Below, one piece after another: positions 1 through 10,060 of a stretch of 64,000 nucleotides of DNA (position 1 is the stretch's first letter; each line of letters opens with the position of its first letter). The stretch is taken from positions 8,864,001 through 8,928,000 of the forward strand of contig OZ244999.1 of the NCBI GenBank assembly GCA_965223265.1, written 5' to 3'. A model generated the notes under the pieces. That model was given only the letters and a program-made list of their open reading frames with translations, made no database searches and was not told the origin of the DNA. The stretch comes from Planctomycetota bacterium (GTDB lineage: Bacteria > Planctomycetota > UBA8108 > SXIK01). Both the position numbers and the translations under genes were made by a program.

Positions 1-843
1 GTCTTGGTCCCACCGCTGGATGGAAGCGTCGTGGAGCAGCCATTCTCCAGACTCGCCTGAGGGCGAGGGTTGCCACACCATCTGGTGCGCGTCGATGCGA
101 CGAGCCGGCTTGCCGTCGGGGTAGCGCTCGAGAACGTACACTTCGCGCGCGACCTTCTTCGTGGTCGAGTATTCTGCTGCACCGATGACGTAGTTGTTTT
201 TGTGGTCGTGGCAAAGGAGGTTGTTCAGAGGTCGGCCGCGTGCGAGAGCGACGGCGTCGCGAATCGGCTCCTTGAACGACGGTAGGACCGACTCCTGAAG
301 GTAGAACGTGAGCCCGCCGAGACAGAGCGATAGCGCAAAGATCGGGGCGCAGAATCGGTAGATGCTGACACCCGCCGCCTTGATCGGGGTGATTTCGTTT
401 TGCCGCACCAGCGTTGTCATCGTGAACATGGCGGCGGCCAGAGTGATGACTGGGCCAAGATAGTTGACGTAAACGGTCGGCACCATCGCCGCGTTGTACT
501 GTAGGAGAGCGACGAGGAGGTTCGTGTCTTGACGCAGGAATCGGTCGAGTTTCGAGAACGCCTCGACGATCACGAAGAGCCCGAGGAACGAGATCCCGCA
601 GACGACGTAGGCGCTCAAGAAAAGACGTGCTACATAGAAGTCGAGAGTTCGCAACTTCCACGGCCCGAAGCGCCGCCGTCGCCGACTCGTTGTGCGGCGG
701 CGAAGAAGCGCCGACCGAATTCGCGAATCGCCTCTGCCGCCTTTTCTCGATGACGACGGCGGCACCGCAGGCGCGGCATCGCCGTGTTGGCGACGCTCTC
801 GAGACGGTCGGGGAGCTTCAGAGTTCTTCGTTCGAAGGCGCAT
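1..843 (-). CDS. lptG: LptF/LptG family LPS export permease (LptG-like), runs off the window edge
   Basis: Not in the ORF track; translated by hand. ATG at 843 gives MRLRTKNSE...WKLRTLDFYVARLFLSAYVVCGISFLGLFVIVEAFSKLDRFL...LVRQNEITPIKAAGVSIYR, the typical LptG TM1 and NE(I)xxxxxxG(V)S motif. It lies directly downstream of lptF. TTG at 654 is an alternative start. Confidence 0.85.
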   Translation of the reverse strand, partial: MRLRTKNSEAPRPSRERRQHGDAAPAVPPSSSRKGGRGDSRIRSALLRRRTTSRRRRRFGPWKLRTLDFYVARLFLSAYVVCGISFLGLFVIVEAFSKLDRFLRQDTNLLVALLQYNAAMVPTVYVNYLGPVITLAAAMFTMTTLVRQNEITPIKAAGVSIYRFCAPIFALSLCLGGLTFYLQESVLPSFKEPIRDAVALARGRPLNNLLCHDHKNNYVIGAAEYSTTKKVAREVYVLERYPDGKPARRIDAHQMVWQPSPSGESGEWLLHDASIQRWDQD

Positions 844-861
844 CGAAACCCTCGTGCGAGG

Positions 862-2904
862 CTATTGCTTGAGAACGCGACGGGTCAGAAAGATTCCCAG
901 GACGAGGAGAGCGACGTTTGGAAGCGCTAGCGCCGCGGGCGGAAACCAACCCGCATCGCCCAGCGAGACGCCGACCATGAGCAGGGGATAGTAGACGACG
1001 ATGATGACAAGGTTGCCGACGAAGAAAGGGATCAAGCGACTCTTACGGTGGAGGAGCAGAGCCAACGAGACGCCGACCAGCGGAAAACTGAGGCACGACA
1101 AAGTGAACGCCATACGGCGGTGCCACTCGGTGCGCACGGTTTGGTAGCGCGACCAGAGAGCCGCAGCGCTGTCTTTTCCCACAGCGGTTCCGTCACTGAA
1201 GGAGGCCGGCACGATGCGTGCGCTGCGCGTCGTCGCCATCTCCGCTTCTTTCTCGACCGCCCGCGCATACAGTTCATCGAGATGCTGCAGGAGATCGGGG
1301 TTGGTGCGGTCTTTCGTGCCCGGTCGTTTGTGGCCAAGGCTAAGAGGAACGACAACGGCGTCCGAGATTTCGATACGCTGGTGAAACTTTGAGTTGGCGA
1401 TGGGGGCGCCACGAACGGTTTCAGGCACCAGGATCACGAGGCTACGCAGAGTCAGAAGCAGCGTCTGACTTTCTTCATGCATTTCCAGACTGCCTTCGCG
1501 GGCGAAAATCGAGACGACCTTCGGAAGGTCGTGTGGCAGATGCTTGCGCAGGATGGGGGTCAAGCTGGAGCGCTCAGGAGCGACCAGCTCAATGTGAATC
1601 TTGCGCAGTTCGGTGCCGCGATAGGCGCCGATGACGAGGCGTCCGTGGCTCGGCAACTCGACGCGGTGCTCCAGTCCAGAGCCGAGGTTTTGCAGTTGCC
1701 GAACCACGTACCTGTGCAGGTTGCGTTTTTCGTAGTGGATCTCTGGCACGACCCAGCCGTTTAAGTAGTAGGACGCGCCAGCCATCGCGCAACCAAGAAG
1801 CAGCACTGGAGCGAAGATGTGAGCATGCGAAACACCGTGAGTGCGCAGCGCAGTGATCTCCAGGTCGCTCACGAGCCGACCGATGACGAGCGTGATGGCG
1901 ATCAGGAACGAAATCGGAATCGAATAGTAAAGCGGGTACGCGCAAGTCTTGACGATCAAAGGCCAAATCACGCCGAGCTGAATGCCGCTGCGAACCGTCT
2001 GAAACGCGACGAATACGGTGTAGAGGAGCGAGACCGCGAGGTTGGCGAGCAGGAAGACGCGGAGGATCTCCGTACCGATATAGCGATAGACGGTCCACGG
2101 CACTGGTGGGCGCCACCACGGAGTGCGGCGAAAGACCCCCGGAGCGGTGTAGAGGGGTGAATGAAATCGTTCTCGGCGCGCGATGGCGTGCGGTTTCGGT
2201 GGCTGCGCCTTTCCTTCTGCGCGCGGTCGTGGCTCTGAGGCTGATTCCGGCCGCGACTCAGAGCTGGTCGCGCGGTCAGTAGGCCGCGCGAGCGCCGACG
2301 AGTTCGAGCGACTCTGTTCTTGCGTCGATCCGTCCGCGCTGTCGGACGCGGTGGACTGACCGGCCACCATCGCGCTGCCTTCAACCGCAGACCGTCCGGG
2401 GCGTGCCGGAGCCCCAGATTTGGCTGCGCTTCGCGAGCTGTCGTCTGCTCGCGCCGAGCGCCGCACCGGTGCGCCTTTGCCGCGCGCGCTCTCCTCACCC
2501 TTCTCCCGGGCCGCATCGCGCTTTCGCTTTTCCACTGCCGATGCGGAGGCGGCAGTGGCAGACTCCGCCGTGCGCTTGCGGGTCGCTCGCGACTTCGATG
2601 CCGCTGCCGTGGCAGACGACGTCGTCCCCGAGCGTACGCGACGCGTTGTGGACTTCGCGGATGACGCTGCGATCCGGCGCGTGCCGGCGTTCTTGCGATC
2701 CCTCGTCTCCGATCGCTGCTTTGGATTGCCGGCAGATCGAGTCGAGCCCGCAGCTGCCGCATTCGATGGCGCATCGCTCTGGACGTCACTTCGGATGTCG
2801 CTTCCGTCGCTCCGGACGTCATTCCGAACGTCACTGCGAACGTCACTCCGGATGTCGCTGCGACCCGGCTGCTGTTTTCGCCGGAGAAGAGGTGGCTTCT
2901 CCAC
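862..2904 (-). CDS. lptF: LptF/LptG family permease (LptF-like) with ~250-aa basic low-complexity N-terminal extension
   Basis: YRYIGTEILRVF, GRLVSDLEITALRTHGVS and EWHRRMAFTLSCLSFPLVGVSL motifs. AGAGGAG SD lies 5 nt before the GTG at 2904. Confidence 0.85.
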   Translation of the reverse strand: MEKPPLLRRKQQPGRSDIRSDVRSDVRNDVRSDGSDIRSDVQSDAPSNAAAAGSTRSAGNPKQRSETRDRKNAGTRRIAASSAKSTTRRVRSGTTSSATAAASKSRATRKRTAESATAASASAVEKRKRDAAREKGEESARGKGAPVRRSARADDSSRSAAKSGAPARPGRSAVEGSAMVAGQSTASDSADGSTQEQSRSNSSALARPTDRATSSESRPESASEPRPRAEGKAQPPKPHAIARRERFHSPLYTAPGVFRRTPWWRPPVPWTVYRYIGTEILRVFLLANLAVSLLYTVFVAFQTVRSGIQLGVIWPLIVKTCAYPLYYSIPISFLIAITLVIGRLVSDLEITALRTHGVSHAHIFAPVLLLGCAMAGASYYLNGWVVPEIHYEKRNLHRYVVRQLQNLGSGLEHRVELPSHGRLVIGAYRGTELRKIHIELVAPERSSLTPILRKHLPHDLPKVVSIFAREGSLEMHEESQTLLLTLRSLVILVPETVRGAPIANSKFHQRIEISDAVVVPLSLGHKRPGTKDRTNPDLLQHLDELYARAVEKEAEMATTRSARIVPASFSDGTAVGKDSAAALWSRYQTVRTEWHRRMAFTLSCLSFPLVGVSLALLLHRKSRLIPFFVGNLVIIVVYYPLLMVGVSLGDAGWFPPAALALPNVALLVLGIFLTRRVLKQ
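2781..2862. repeat. Degenerate 12-bp tandem repeat encoding (SDxR)n inside the lptF extension
   Basis: Units ggacgtcacttc, ggatgtcgcttc, ggacgtcattcc, gaacgtcactgc, gaacgtcactcc, ggatgtcgctgc; protein reads RSDIRSDVRSDVRNDVRSDGSDIRSDVQSD. Confidence 0.8.
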
Positions 2905-3315
2905 GCGAGCTCCTCTCTGCGCACGTCGGCGCGCGCTCGATCGACCCAGACCACGTCTGAGCCGTTTTTCCTCTTCGAATTCTCTTCCAACGCCAGACGT
3001 CGTCTGACGGGCGAGACCGTAGCAACACGTTCGTCAACACTGTCCGGATCTCAGGTCCGGAGGTGAGACCGTGATCAACTAGGTGCCGCTTCGCGCTGCG
3101 ATGCCGCTCGTGTGCGGGATCTCGGCCGGGGCCGTGGGATGCCGCCGAAGAGAAAACATCGACGCACGCGCGATCTTCGCTTTTTCGATCGGTCTCATCT
3201 TAGAAGGGGTCGATCCGAAGTCAATTAAGCGCTGGGGAAAAAACTTATCGTCAGCCGGCGACGGTCGTGGGGGCTTTCTGCGTGCGTCGTGCCTGGCTCG
3301 CAGCTGAAGTGGACT

Positions 3316-4122
3316 TCATGTTGGAGTCTTGCGGCTGTGGTAGGCGCGCACCTGCGTCAAAAATGCCCGCGCGGCAGACTCAGTCTTTACTTCGTCCTCG
3401 TCCACAACGGGAAGCTCCGGCCAAAGACGACGCACATTGGCAGCGAACAGCCCAGCGATCTGGCCGCTCACGATCCACTCAGGTTCTTCCCCGCAAGCCT
3501 TGAACACGTCGACGCCGCGCACACCACAGCTCGGGGAGCGGCTCTTGAAGACCCAGCCACTGACGCCAGCGCGCCTCAGCGCCGCGGCTTGGTCGGCGGC
3601 GAATCGGTCCATTTCGTCCGTCCAGTCGCGTCCGCTGCGCACGCCGACGAGGCGTGGCTGGCTGGAGGACGACGTCGCCTGCCACTCGAGACGTACGGGC
3701 TCACGCGGCACGCCCATGCCGACACCGACCTCAGGGCAGATCGGAACCCACTCGACGTCGCCGGCGAGCGCTTCGAGCAGGACGGGCGCCTTTTTGTCAC
3801 GGCCGTCGTAGCGAACGGGTTCGCCGGCAAGGCAGCTCGAGATCGCGATGCGGACGCAGGCGCTTGAGTCACCGCCGCCCTCCGATCTGGCTGGCGCGCT
3901 GCCGGTCCAATCGTCGTTCGGCCGCCTCCGGGGGCTGCCGGCGGTCAATGGGCCGCCTTGCCGAGCATCGCCGTGAACATCATCGTGAGTTTCAACGTCA
4001 TAGTCACTGTGAGAATCGTTCTGAGGACGGCCCGGACGAGTGCTCCGAGAACCGCGCCGAGCGTCACCCCGAGCACCATTCCCAGAGTCGCCGCGATGGT
4101 CGTTGTGGCGGTCGCTCTGCAA
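3316..4122 (-). CDS. DUF523 / 2-thiouracil desulfidase (TudS)-like Fe-S protein; true start uncertain, possibly nearer 3870
   Basis: ISSCLAGEPVRYDG, ICPEVGVGMGVPREP and FKSRSPSCG motifs (three conserved Cys). Confidence 0.85.
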   Translation of the reverse strand: MQSDRHNDHRGDSGNGARGDARRGSRSTRPGRPQNDSHSDYDVETHDDVHGDARQGGPLTAGSPRRRPNDDWTGSAPARSEGGGDSSACVRIAISSCLAGEPVRYDGRDKKAPVLLEALAGDVEWVPICPEVGVGMGVPREPVRLEWQATSSSSQPRLVGVRSGRDWTDEMDRFAADQAAALRRAGVSGWVFKSRSPSCGVRGVDVFKACGEEPEWIVSGQIAGLFAANVRRLWPELPVVDEDEVKTESAARAFLTQVRAYHSRKTPT

Positions 4123-4321
4123 TCTGGCGCATCCACTTCGGACTGTTTACAATCCACCCCTCGACGGCGGGATCAACGGCGTTCTTAACGAAAAGCGTTC
4201 CTGGCATCGCCTTTGGCGTACGTGTTCAGGCGGGCGAGCATGACGCGGACAGACGCGGAACGCGACCATCCCCGACTGCGAACATTCTATCCGACAACGA
4301 TGATCAGAAGGAGTCTTTGAC

Positions 4322-5173
4322 ATGTCGAAGCCTGAGCTCCGGCGCCCCGCGAGAAGGATCCGACGGTTCGTGTTGAGTTTTCTGTTTGCCCTTAGCGTCC
4401 TTGCGACGCTGACCGGGTGCCTGACTGAACCGATCACCGGCCGCAGGCAGCTGATCTTGGTGAGCGATGCGCAGGCGAATGAGATGGGCGTTCAGGCGTA
4501 TCAGCAAATCCTGGGCGAAGCGAAACTGAGCACCAACAGTGCTGACAACGACCTCGTGCGACGCGTCGGCGAACGCATCGCCGCCGTGGTTGACGAGAAG
4601 ATGGCGGGAGAGGAGAATCGCGAGCCGTTTCAGTGGGAATTCAAAGTCGTCGACGATCCGAACATGGTCAACGCTTTCGCGCTGCCGGGCGGCAAGGTGG
4701 CATTCTACTCCGGCATTCTGCCGATCTGCCAAGGCGAAAACGGTGTCGCTGTCGTCATGGGGCACGAGGTCGCGCACGCCTACGCGCGTCATGGGGCATC
4801 GCGCGTGAGTACGAACGTGATCAGTCAAGTCTCGCTCGAGGTTGCGATGGCAGCACTCGGTGGCGATGGGGCTTCGGAGACGGCGAAGCTCACCATGGCT
4901 GCGCTCGGCGTCGGCTATCAACTGGGTGTGCAGTTGCCGTTTTCGCGCGGCGACGAGTCTGCGGCCGACGAGATCGGTCTCATGGTCATGGCCGAAGCGG
5001 GCTACGACCCGCGTGAGGCGGTTCGTTTCTGGACCCGCATGTCCGAGGCAAGTGGCGGCCAAGCGCCTCCTGAGTTTATGTCGACGCACCCTGGCCACGA
5101 GACACGCGTAAGCCAGCTCCAAGAGCTCATGCCGCGGGCGATGGAGATCTACGAGAAGAACCGACGCGACTAG
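4322..5173 (+). CDS. M48 family Zn metallopeptidase, probable lipoprotein
   Basis: LTGC lipobox, NAFALPGG, HEVAH, FSRGDESAAD and STHP motifs. Confidence 0.93.
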   Translation: MSKPELRRPARRIRRFVLSFLFALSVLATLTGCLTEPITGRRQLILVSDAQANEMGVQAYQQILGEAKLSTNSADNDLVRRVGERIAAVVDEKMAGEENREPFQWEFKVVDDPNMVNAFALPGGKVAFYSGILPICQGENGVAVVMGHEVAHAYARHGASRVSTNVISQVSLEVAMAALGGDGASETAKLTMAALGVGYQLGVQLPFSRGDESAADEIGLMVMAEAGYDPREAVRFWTRMSEASGGQAPPEFMSTHPGHETRVSQLQELMPRAMEIYEKNRRD

Positions 5174-5288
5174 CGGTTCGCCGTGTCGGATTTCGTGTCG
5201 GTGCCCTTCGCATAGGACGCGGCCGATCGTGGGTCCGCGTTTGATTCCGGGACGGTGAGCGTGGGGTGAGCGAGTGCGTGTGCGTCTC

Positions 5289-5420
5289 CCAAAGTAGCAG
5301 GCACACGCCGTGCCGTCCGTCCGTGACCGTGAGCGTGAGCGTGACCGTGAGCGTGACCGTGAGCGTGAGTTGCGACGGCCGTTCTTAAAAGGTTCACAAC
5401 CTCTCCGTGTGCCGTCCGGG
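5289..5420 (+). repeat. REP-like palindrome + (CGTGAS)8 hexamers + MITE-like end + half REP
   Basis: caaagtagcaggcacacgccgtgccgtccg; hexamers at 5322-5369; ...ggttcacaacctc|tccgtgtgccgtccg. Matches 31933-32030. Confidence 0.8.
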
Positions 5421-5425
5421 CGTCG

Positions 5426-5487
5426 GTTCAAGAGGTCAGAAGAAGAGTTGAACAAAAGGAAACGAAGTCAACGAAGGGCGGCCGTCC
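5426..5487 (+). repeat. Second palindromic repeat family (type B), partial copy
   Basis: gttcaagaggtcagaagaagagttgaacaaaaggaaacgaagtcaacgaagggcggccgtcc is nearly identical to 31664-31725. Confidence 0.85.
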
Positions 5488-5514
5488 GAAGTATGTGCGT
5501 GTGCGTGGGCGTGC

Positions 5515-7245
5515 TCAGTATCCCGCCGCGCCGCCGCCGCGGCGGCGGTCGACTCCGGCGTGCAAGACGTCTCGGCCGGCAGCCGCGTCGTGGTGCGTGC
5601 CGATGGCCATCACCGATCCTTGGCCGCCGCGGCGGACTGTCAGCTGATGGCCCATGGCCTCCAGCGCCTGCCACGTGTCGCGCGAGAAGCACCAGCGCTC
5701 ACCGACGATCTTGTCCGGCAGCCACTGATGGTGGAAGCGCGGTGCGTCAACGGCCTCTTGGAGCGACATGCCATAGTCGACGCGGTTCAGGATCACCAAG
5801 AGGACGCTGTTGATGATCGTGCGGCCGCCCGGGCTGCCGACGGCGAGCTGCAGGTGGCCGTCCTTCGCCAAGATCGTCGGGCTCATGCTCGAAAGCATGC
5901 GTTTGCGCGGCGCGACGGTGTTCGCCGCCGTGCCGATGCGGCCGCTTGCCGTGGTCTCGCCCGGCACCGGATTGAAGTCACCCATCTCGTTATTGAGGAG
6001 AAAGCCAGCGCCCGGTACGACGATGCGGCAGCCGTAGGAGCGCTCGAGCGTCGTCGTCAGCGCGACAGCCATACGCTGTGAGTCGACGACGGAGAGGTGG
6101 GTTGTCTCCGTGCCCTCCTGCGGCCATGTGAACGCTTCCGGCGACGACACCGACGCCTGCGCCGCAGAGATCGACCGCCTGAGAGTCTGAGCGTACTTCT
6201 TGCTGGTCAGACGAGAGATGGGGACGTCGACAAAGTCTGGATCGGCAACGTAGCGGGCTCGATCTGCGAACGCGCGTCGCATCGCTTCGACGACCAAGTG
6301 CGTTGCCGCCGCGCTCCGCAGTCCAAGCGAGGCGAGGTCGTCGTGCTCGAGGATGTTGAGCATCTGTACGAGCGCGATGCCGCCGGAGCTTGGCGGTCCC
6401 ATGGCGAGCACGTCGTAGCCGCGGTAGCTGCCCCGCAGCGGCTCGCGTTCGACGGCGCGGTAGCTCGCGAGGTCTTCCTTTGAGATCATGCCGCCGCGTC
6501 GCTCCATCTCTTCGACGATGAGGCGTGCGGTTTCGCCGCCATAGAAACCCGCCGCGCCGTGATCGCGAATGCGCTCGAGTGTCTTTGCGAGGTCGAGCTG
6601 CACGAGAAGTTCACCGGCGCGATACGGCGCCCCGTTTTTGGTGAACTGCGCCTTCGAGGCCTCGTACTTTGTGAGTTCGGGCAAAACGCTTCGGAGAGAC
6701 GCGGCGAGCGACTGAGGAATCACGAACCCGTCGCGCGCCAATCGCACTGCCGGCTCGACGAGGTCTCGCCACGGAAGGACTCCTAGACGCTCATGCGCGA
6801 GTACCAAACCGGCGACACTTCCCGGCACGCCGACACTCAGAATGCTCCAGTGATGGCGCTGGGGGTCGTACACTCCAGCGGCATTGAGAAACATATGATC
6901 GTGGGCGCGGTTCGGTGCCGTCTCGCGAAAATCGAACGTCGTCGCGCTGCCGTCTGCGAGCCGCACGACCATGAAGCCGCCGCCGCCGATGTTGCCTGCA
7001 GTCGGGTGGGTCACCGCCAACGCGAACGCGGTTGCCACCGCGGCGTCGACGGCGTTGCCGCCCTTCATGAGAGTCGCAAGGCCAACGTAGGACGCAAAAG
7101 ACGACTCGCTGGCGATGACGCCGCGAGCGTAGCTCTCCGACCAGACCGGCGACTGCGGGCGTGCTGCGCTCGGGAAGACGACGACGAGCGCTGAAACCAG
7201 CGCGGAGCTCAGCAATTGTCGGAGCCGAAAAAGTCTCCTGTCCAT
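5515..7245 (-). CDS. ggt: Gamma-glutamyltransferase
   Basis: GGNAVDAAVA, GNIGGGGF, DFRETAP, autocleavage site E|TTHLSVVD, LLNNEMGDF, SSMSP and GSPGG motifs. Confidence 0.96.
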   Translation of the reverse strand: MDRRLFRLRQLLSSALVSALVVVFPSAARPQSPVWSESYARGVIASESSFASYVGLATLMKGGNAVDAAVATAFALAVTHPTAGNIGGGGFMVVRLADGSATTFDFRETAPNRAHDHMFLNAAGVYDPQRHHWSILSVGVPGSVAGLVLAHERLGVLPWRDLVEPAVRLARDGFVIPQSLAASLRSVLPELTKYEASKAQFTKNGAPYRAGELLVQLDLAKTLERIRDHGAAGFYGGETARLIVEEMERRGGMISKEDLASYRAVEREPLRGSYRGYDVLAMGPPSSGGIALVQMLNILEHDDLASLGLRSAAATHLVVEAMRRAFADRARYVADPDFVDVPISRLTSKKYAQTLRRSISAAQASVSSPEAFTWPQEGTETTHLSVVDSQRMAVALTTTLERSYGCRIVVPGAGFLLNNEMGDFNPVPGETTASGRIGTAANTVAPRKRMLSSMSPTILAKDGHLQLAVGSPGGRTIINSVLLVILNRVDYGMSLQEAVDAPRFHHQWLPDKIVGERWCFSRDTWQALEAMGHQLTVRRGGQGSVMAIGTHHDAAAGRDVLHAGVDRRRGGGAAGY

Positions 7246-7337
7246 CGCCTAGGATCCTCTCCCCTTCAGGTGTGCGCTGCAGCCACCGAAGCGCTCAGCG
7301 TTCCTAAACGTAACTTCGAGTGGCGAATGCGGCGCAC

Positions 7338-7412
7338 CAAAGTAGCAGGCACACTCCCGTGTGCCGTCCGATTTTTGCTCAGACTACGGCACACAGGAGT
7401 GTGCCGGCTACC
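7338..7412. repeat. Inverted REP doublet (REPIN-like)
   Basis: caaagtagcaggcacactcccgtgtgccgtccg followed by the inverted copy acggcacacaggagtgtgccggctac. Confidence 0.85.
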
Positions 7413-7527
7413 TTCCGGACAGGAGTTTTGAACACGCACACTGAATCCCGGTCAACTGGTCTGGCCAGCCGACCCAAAATGGCCAAGCCCATGGCTTCGC
7501 GTTTGCCCGTAGTTGTCCTTATGCGAG

Positions 7528-7818
7528 CTAACAACTGCACGGCGTCCCACCACACTTTGGACAGCCAGCAGCGTACTTTTCTCGCGCCGCGTCCTCGAGC
7601 TCCACTCCCGAGAGTGACGCCAAGGTCGTCAGCCATGCGAGCACGTCTGCGAATTCCTCGCGTAGATTGTTTTCGTCGACGCGCTCTGGCCGATGGAGCG
7701 CTTTCGCCAGCTCGCCCACCTCCTCGACAAACCACGCGAACGTGCGGGGCACGCCGCGTTCGCTGTCACGTTCCAGGTAGACGCTTTCGATCAAACGCTG
7801 AAACTCGGAAATCTTCAC
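7528..7818 (-). CDS. MazG-like nucleotide pyrophosphohydrolase with C-terminal CxxC...CxC
   Basis: GTG start giving MKISEFQRLIE; WFVEEVGELA, EEFADVLAWL and GCPKCGGTPCSC motifs. Confidence 0.88.
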   Translation of the reverse strand: MKISEFQRLIESVYLERDSERGVPRTFAWFVEEVGELAKALHRPERVDENNLREEFADVLAWLTTLASLSGVELEDAAREKYAAGCPKCGGTPCSC

Positions 7819-7862
7819 CGCCGACGACCCTCCTGGCGCACGGCTCAATCTCGCCGGCTCGA

Positions 7863-8861
7863 CTACTTCGTCTTGCCGCCGTGTAGCTTGCGAAATCGCT
7901 TCATCATCTCTTTCCAGTCGGTGAACACGACGCCTCCCCGCCTGCACGCCTTGATCACTCGCGGATCGGCGAACATGCGAGCCTCCCAAGAGCGCTGCCG
8001 CCAAGACCCGGTGATTTTCCGCAGACCTTCCGACTCTGTCGACGGGTGGAAGATGATTTCGGTGATCCCTGGCTTCACCTTGTCCTTCAGTAGGGCGAGG
8101 AATCCGGTAACCACCTCGTCATAGGTCTTGCCGCGTGGAACAGAGTAGAAGGCGTCGAGTTTCGGTAGTCGATAGGCGCGAACGATTTCGATCATCTCGT
8201 CCGACATCGGATACCCCTGGCGCCGAAACTCGGCGACCACCTCGGGTGTCAGCTCGATCACCATTGCCGGGATTTCGTGCTCCATCGCGACCTTGAGATA
8301 GGCCTTCGTGAAATCGGGGCGCGCGAAGAGCGTTCCCATGTGCGTGTCGAGATGGCCTGGTTCGATGCCGCGAGATCGGGCGCGGTCGAGTTGTGCGCGG
8401 ATTTCCAGCTCGACCTCAGCCGCAGTGGCGTGCGTCGCGACCTCCTTGACAGTGCGCCAAAGGTAGCCGTCATCGTCGATGAGTCCAGGTACTTTCGAGA
8501 TCGGTGCCGTCGGACCCCAGCGATAGTGCTTCCACTCGCTCGTCAGTGTCAGGTGGAGACCCAGGTCGTGTCGTGGATTCTCCCTGTACCAAGCCGCGAT
8601 CTCGTTGAACCACGGGCACGGAACCATCAGCGAAGCGGACTGGATCTGATCGTTTTCGAGATAGTTCTTGGCCGCTTCGTTGGCCTCGTAGCACATGCCG
8701 ATGTCGTCGGCATGGAGGATGATCACCCGTCTGCCTTTCGGATAGCCGAGGCGTTCGGCCCAGGTCTGCGCAATCAAGTTCGAGCCGCCGACCAAGACGA
8801 AGAGTAAACAAAGCCAACGCTTCGAGCGCGACTGACGACGCCACTTCTTGCACGGTTTCAC
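7863..8861 (-). CDS. YdjC/ChbG family carbohydrate deacetylase
   Basis: ILHADDIG, LGLHLTLTSEW, HLDTHMG and EIIFHP motifs; N-terminal signal peptide. Confidence 0.88.
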   Translation of the reverse strand: MKPCKKWRRQSRSKRWLCLLFVLVGGSNLIAQTWAERLGYPKGRRVIILHADDIGMCYEANEAAKNYLENDQIQSASLMVPCPWFNEIAAWYRENPRHDLGLHLTLTSEWKHYRWGPTAPISKVPGLIDDDGYLWRTVKEVATHATAAEVELEIRAQLDRARSRGIEPGHLDTHMGTLFARPDFTKAYLKVAMEHEIPAMVIELTPEVVAEFRRQGYPMSDEMIEIVRAYRLPKLDAFYSVPRGKTYDEVVTGFLALLKDKVKPGITEIIFHPSTESEGLRKITGSWRQRSWEARMFADPRVIKACRRGGVVFTDWKEMMKRFRKLHGGKTK

Positions 8862-8933
8862 ATCGAGCCTCGATTCTAAAAGAGGGATTGGATTGCAGGT
8901 GCAAGGTGCTCGGACGAGCAGGTGTCTGGAGAT

Positions 8934-9878
8934 CTACTCGATCCCCTGTGCACCCAGCCAGCGTTCGGCTTCAAGTGCCGACATGCAGCCAGTGCCAGCC
9001 GCAGTGATGGCTTGGCGGTAGGTTTTATCCATGACGTCGCCGCACGCGAACACGCCTTCAGTCGACGTCTGGGTCGTCCCGGGCGTGACGACGATGTATC
9101 CGGTTTCGTCGGTTTCGATTTGGCCCGCGAGGAAACCCGTGTTGGGCTTGTGACCGATGGCGTAAAAGAGTCCACCTACCGGCAGCACGTTGACCTCGCC
9201 GGTCTTGACATTCTTCAGCCGCGCTCCGGTGATGACATCATCGCCTTCCACGTCTTCGAGCACAGAGTCCCAGATCGGTTCAACCTTTTCGTTCTTGAAG
9301 AGGCGTTCCTGCATGATCTTGCTCGCACGCAGCTCGTCGCGGCGATGAACGAGAAAGACTTTGCTGGCGAACTTGGTGAGGAACGTCGCCTCCTCGACGG
9401 CGGAGTCCCCCCCGCCGATGACGGCCAAGTCCTTATTGCGAAAGATCGGCAGTGCGCCGTCGCAGACAGCGCAGGCGCTCATGCCTCTCCCCCAAAGCTT
9501 CTCCTCGCTGGGCACGTGGAGACGCTTAGCAGTGGCGCCGGTGGCGATGATGACGCTGTGGCTCTCGACCTCACGCTCGGTCGATTTGACGCGAAACGGT
9601 CGTGAGGAGAGATCCACTTCGACGACATCCTCTTGATGACACGTGCTGCCGAAGTCCTTGGCTTGGGCCCGAAACCGGTCCATGAGGTCGGGTCCGGAGA
9701 TGCCGCCGTCCGGGAAACCGGGATAGTTCTCCACCTCGGTCGTCGTCATGAGCTGACCGCCGGGAATGCCGCCACTCTGAAACCCCTCCAAGACGAGTGG
9801 TGAGAGGTTGGCGCGGGCGGCATAGATCGCTGCGGTGAACCCCGCGGGTCCGGAGCCTACAATCGTGACCTTTTCCAT
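8934..9878 (-). CDS. trxB: Thioredoxin-disulfide reductase
   Basis: Start giving [13 protein letters not shown]; [30 protein letters not shown] and YRQAITAAG motifs. Confidence 0.97.
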   Translation of the reverse strand: MEKVTIVGSGPAGFTAAIYAARANLSPLVLEGFQSGGIPGGQLMTTTEVENYPGFPDGGISGPDLMDRFRAQAKDFGSTCHQEDVVEVDLSSRPFRVKSTEREVESHSVIIATGATAKRLHVPSEEKLWGRGMSACAVCDGALPIFRNKDLAVIGGGDSAVEEATFLTKFASKVFLVHRRDELRASKIMQERLFKNEKVEPIWDSVLEDVEGDDVITGARLKNVKTGEVNVLPVGGLFYAIGHKPNTGFLAGQIETDETGYIVVTPGTTQTSTEGVFACGDVMDKTYRQAITAAGTGCMSALEAERWLGAQGIE

Positions 9879-10060
9879 GTTTTGATATCGCTGTCGATGT
9901 GTTCTGGTTTCGTGGCGCTGTCGCTCGGCGCGACGGTGGGACGGTTCGCTCAAGATAACGGCTTTTCGCGGTTTCGCAAGCTGGGGCGGGGGAACCGGTT
10001 GATCTCCGCGACGCGCTCAAGGCAGCAAGGACGGAGACCGGCAGGAGAACTCAGCAAACG

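Noticed and set aside
4304-5455. 383-aa minus-strand ORF with an RS repeat
   Set aside because: Antisense shadow of the M48 gene; the RSRSRS stretch comes from the hexamer repeat.
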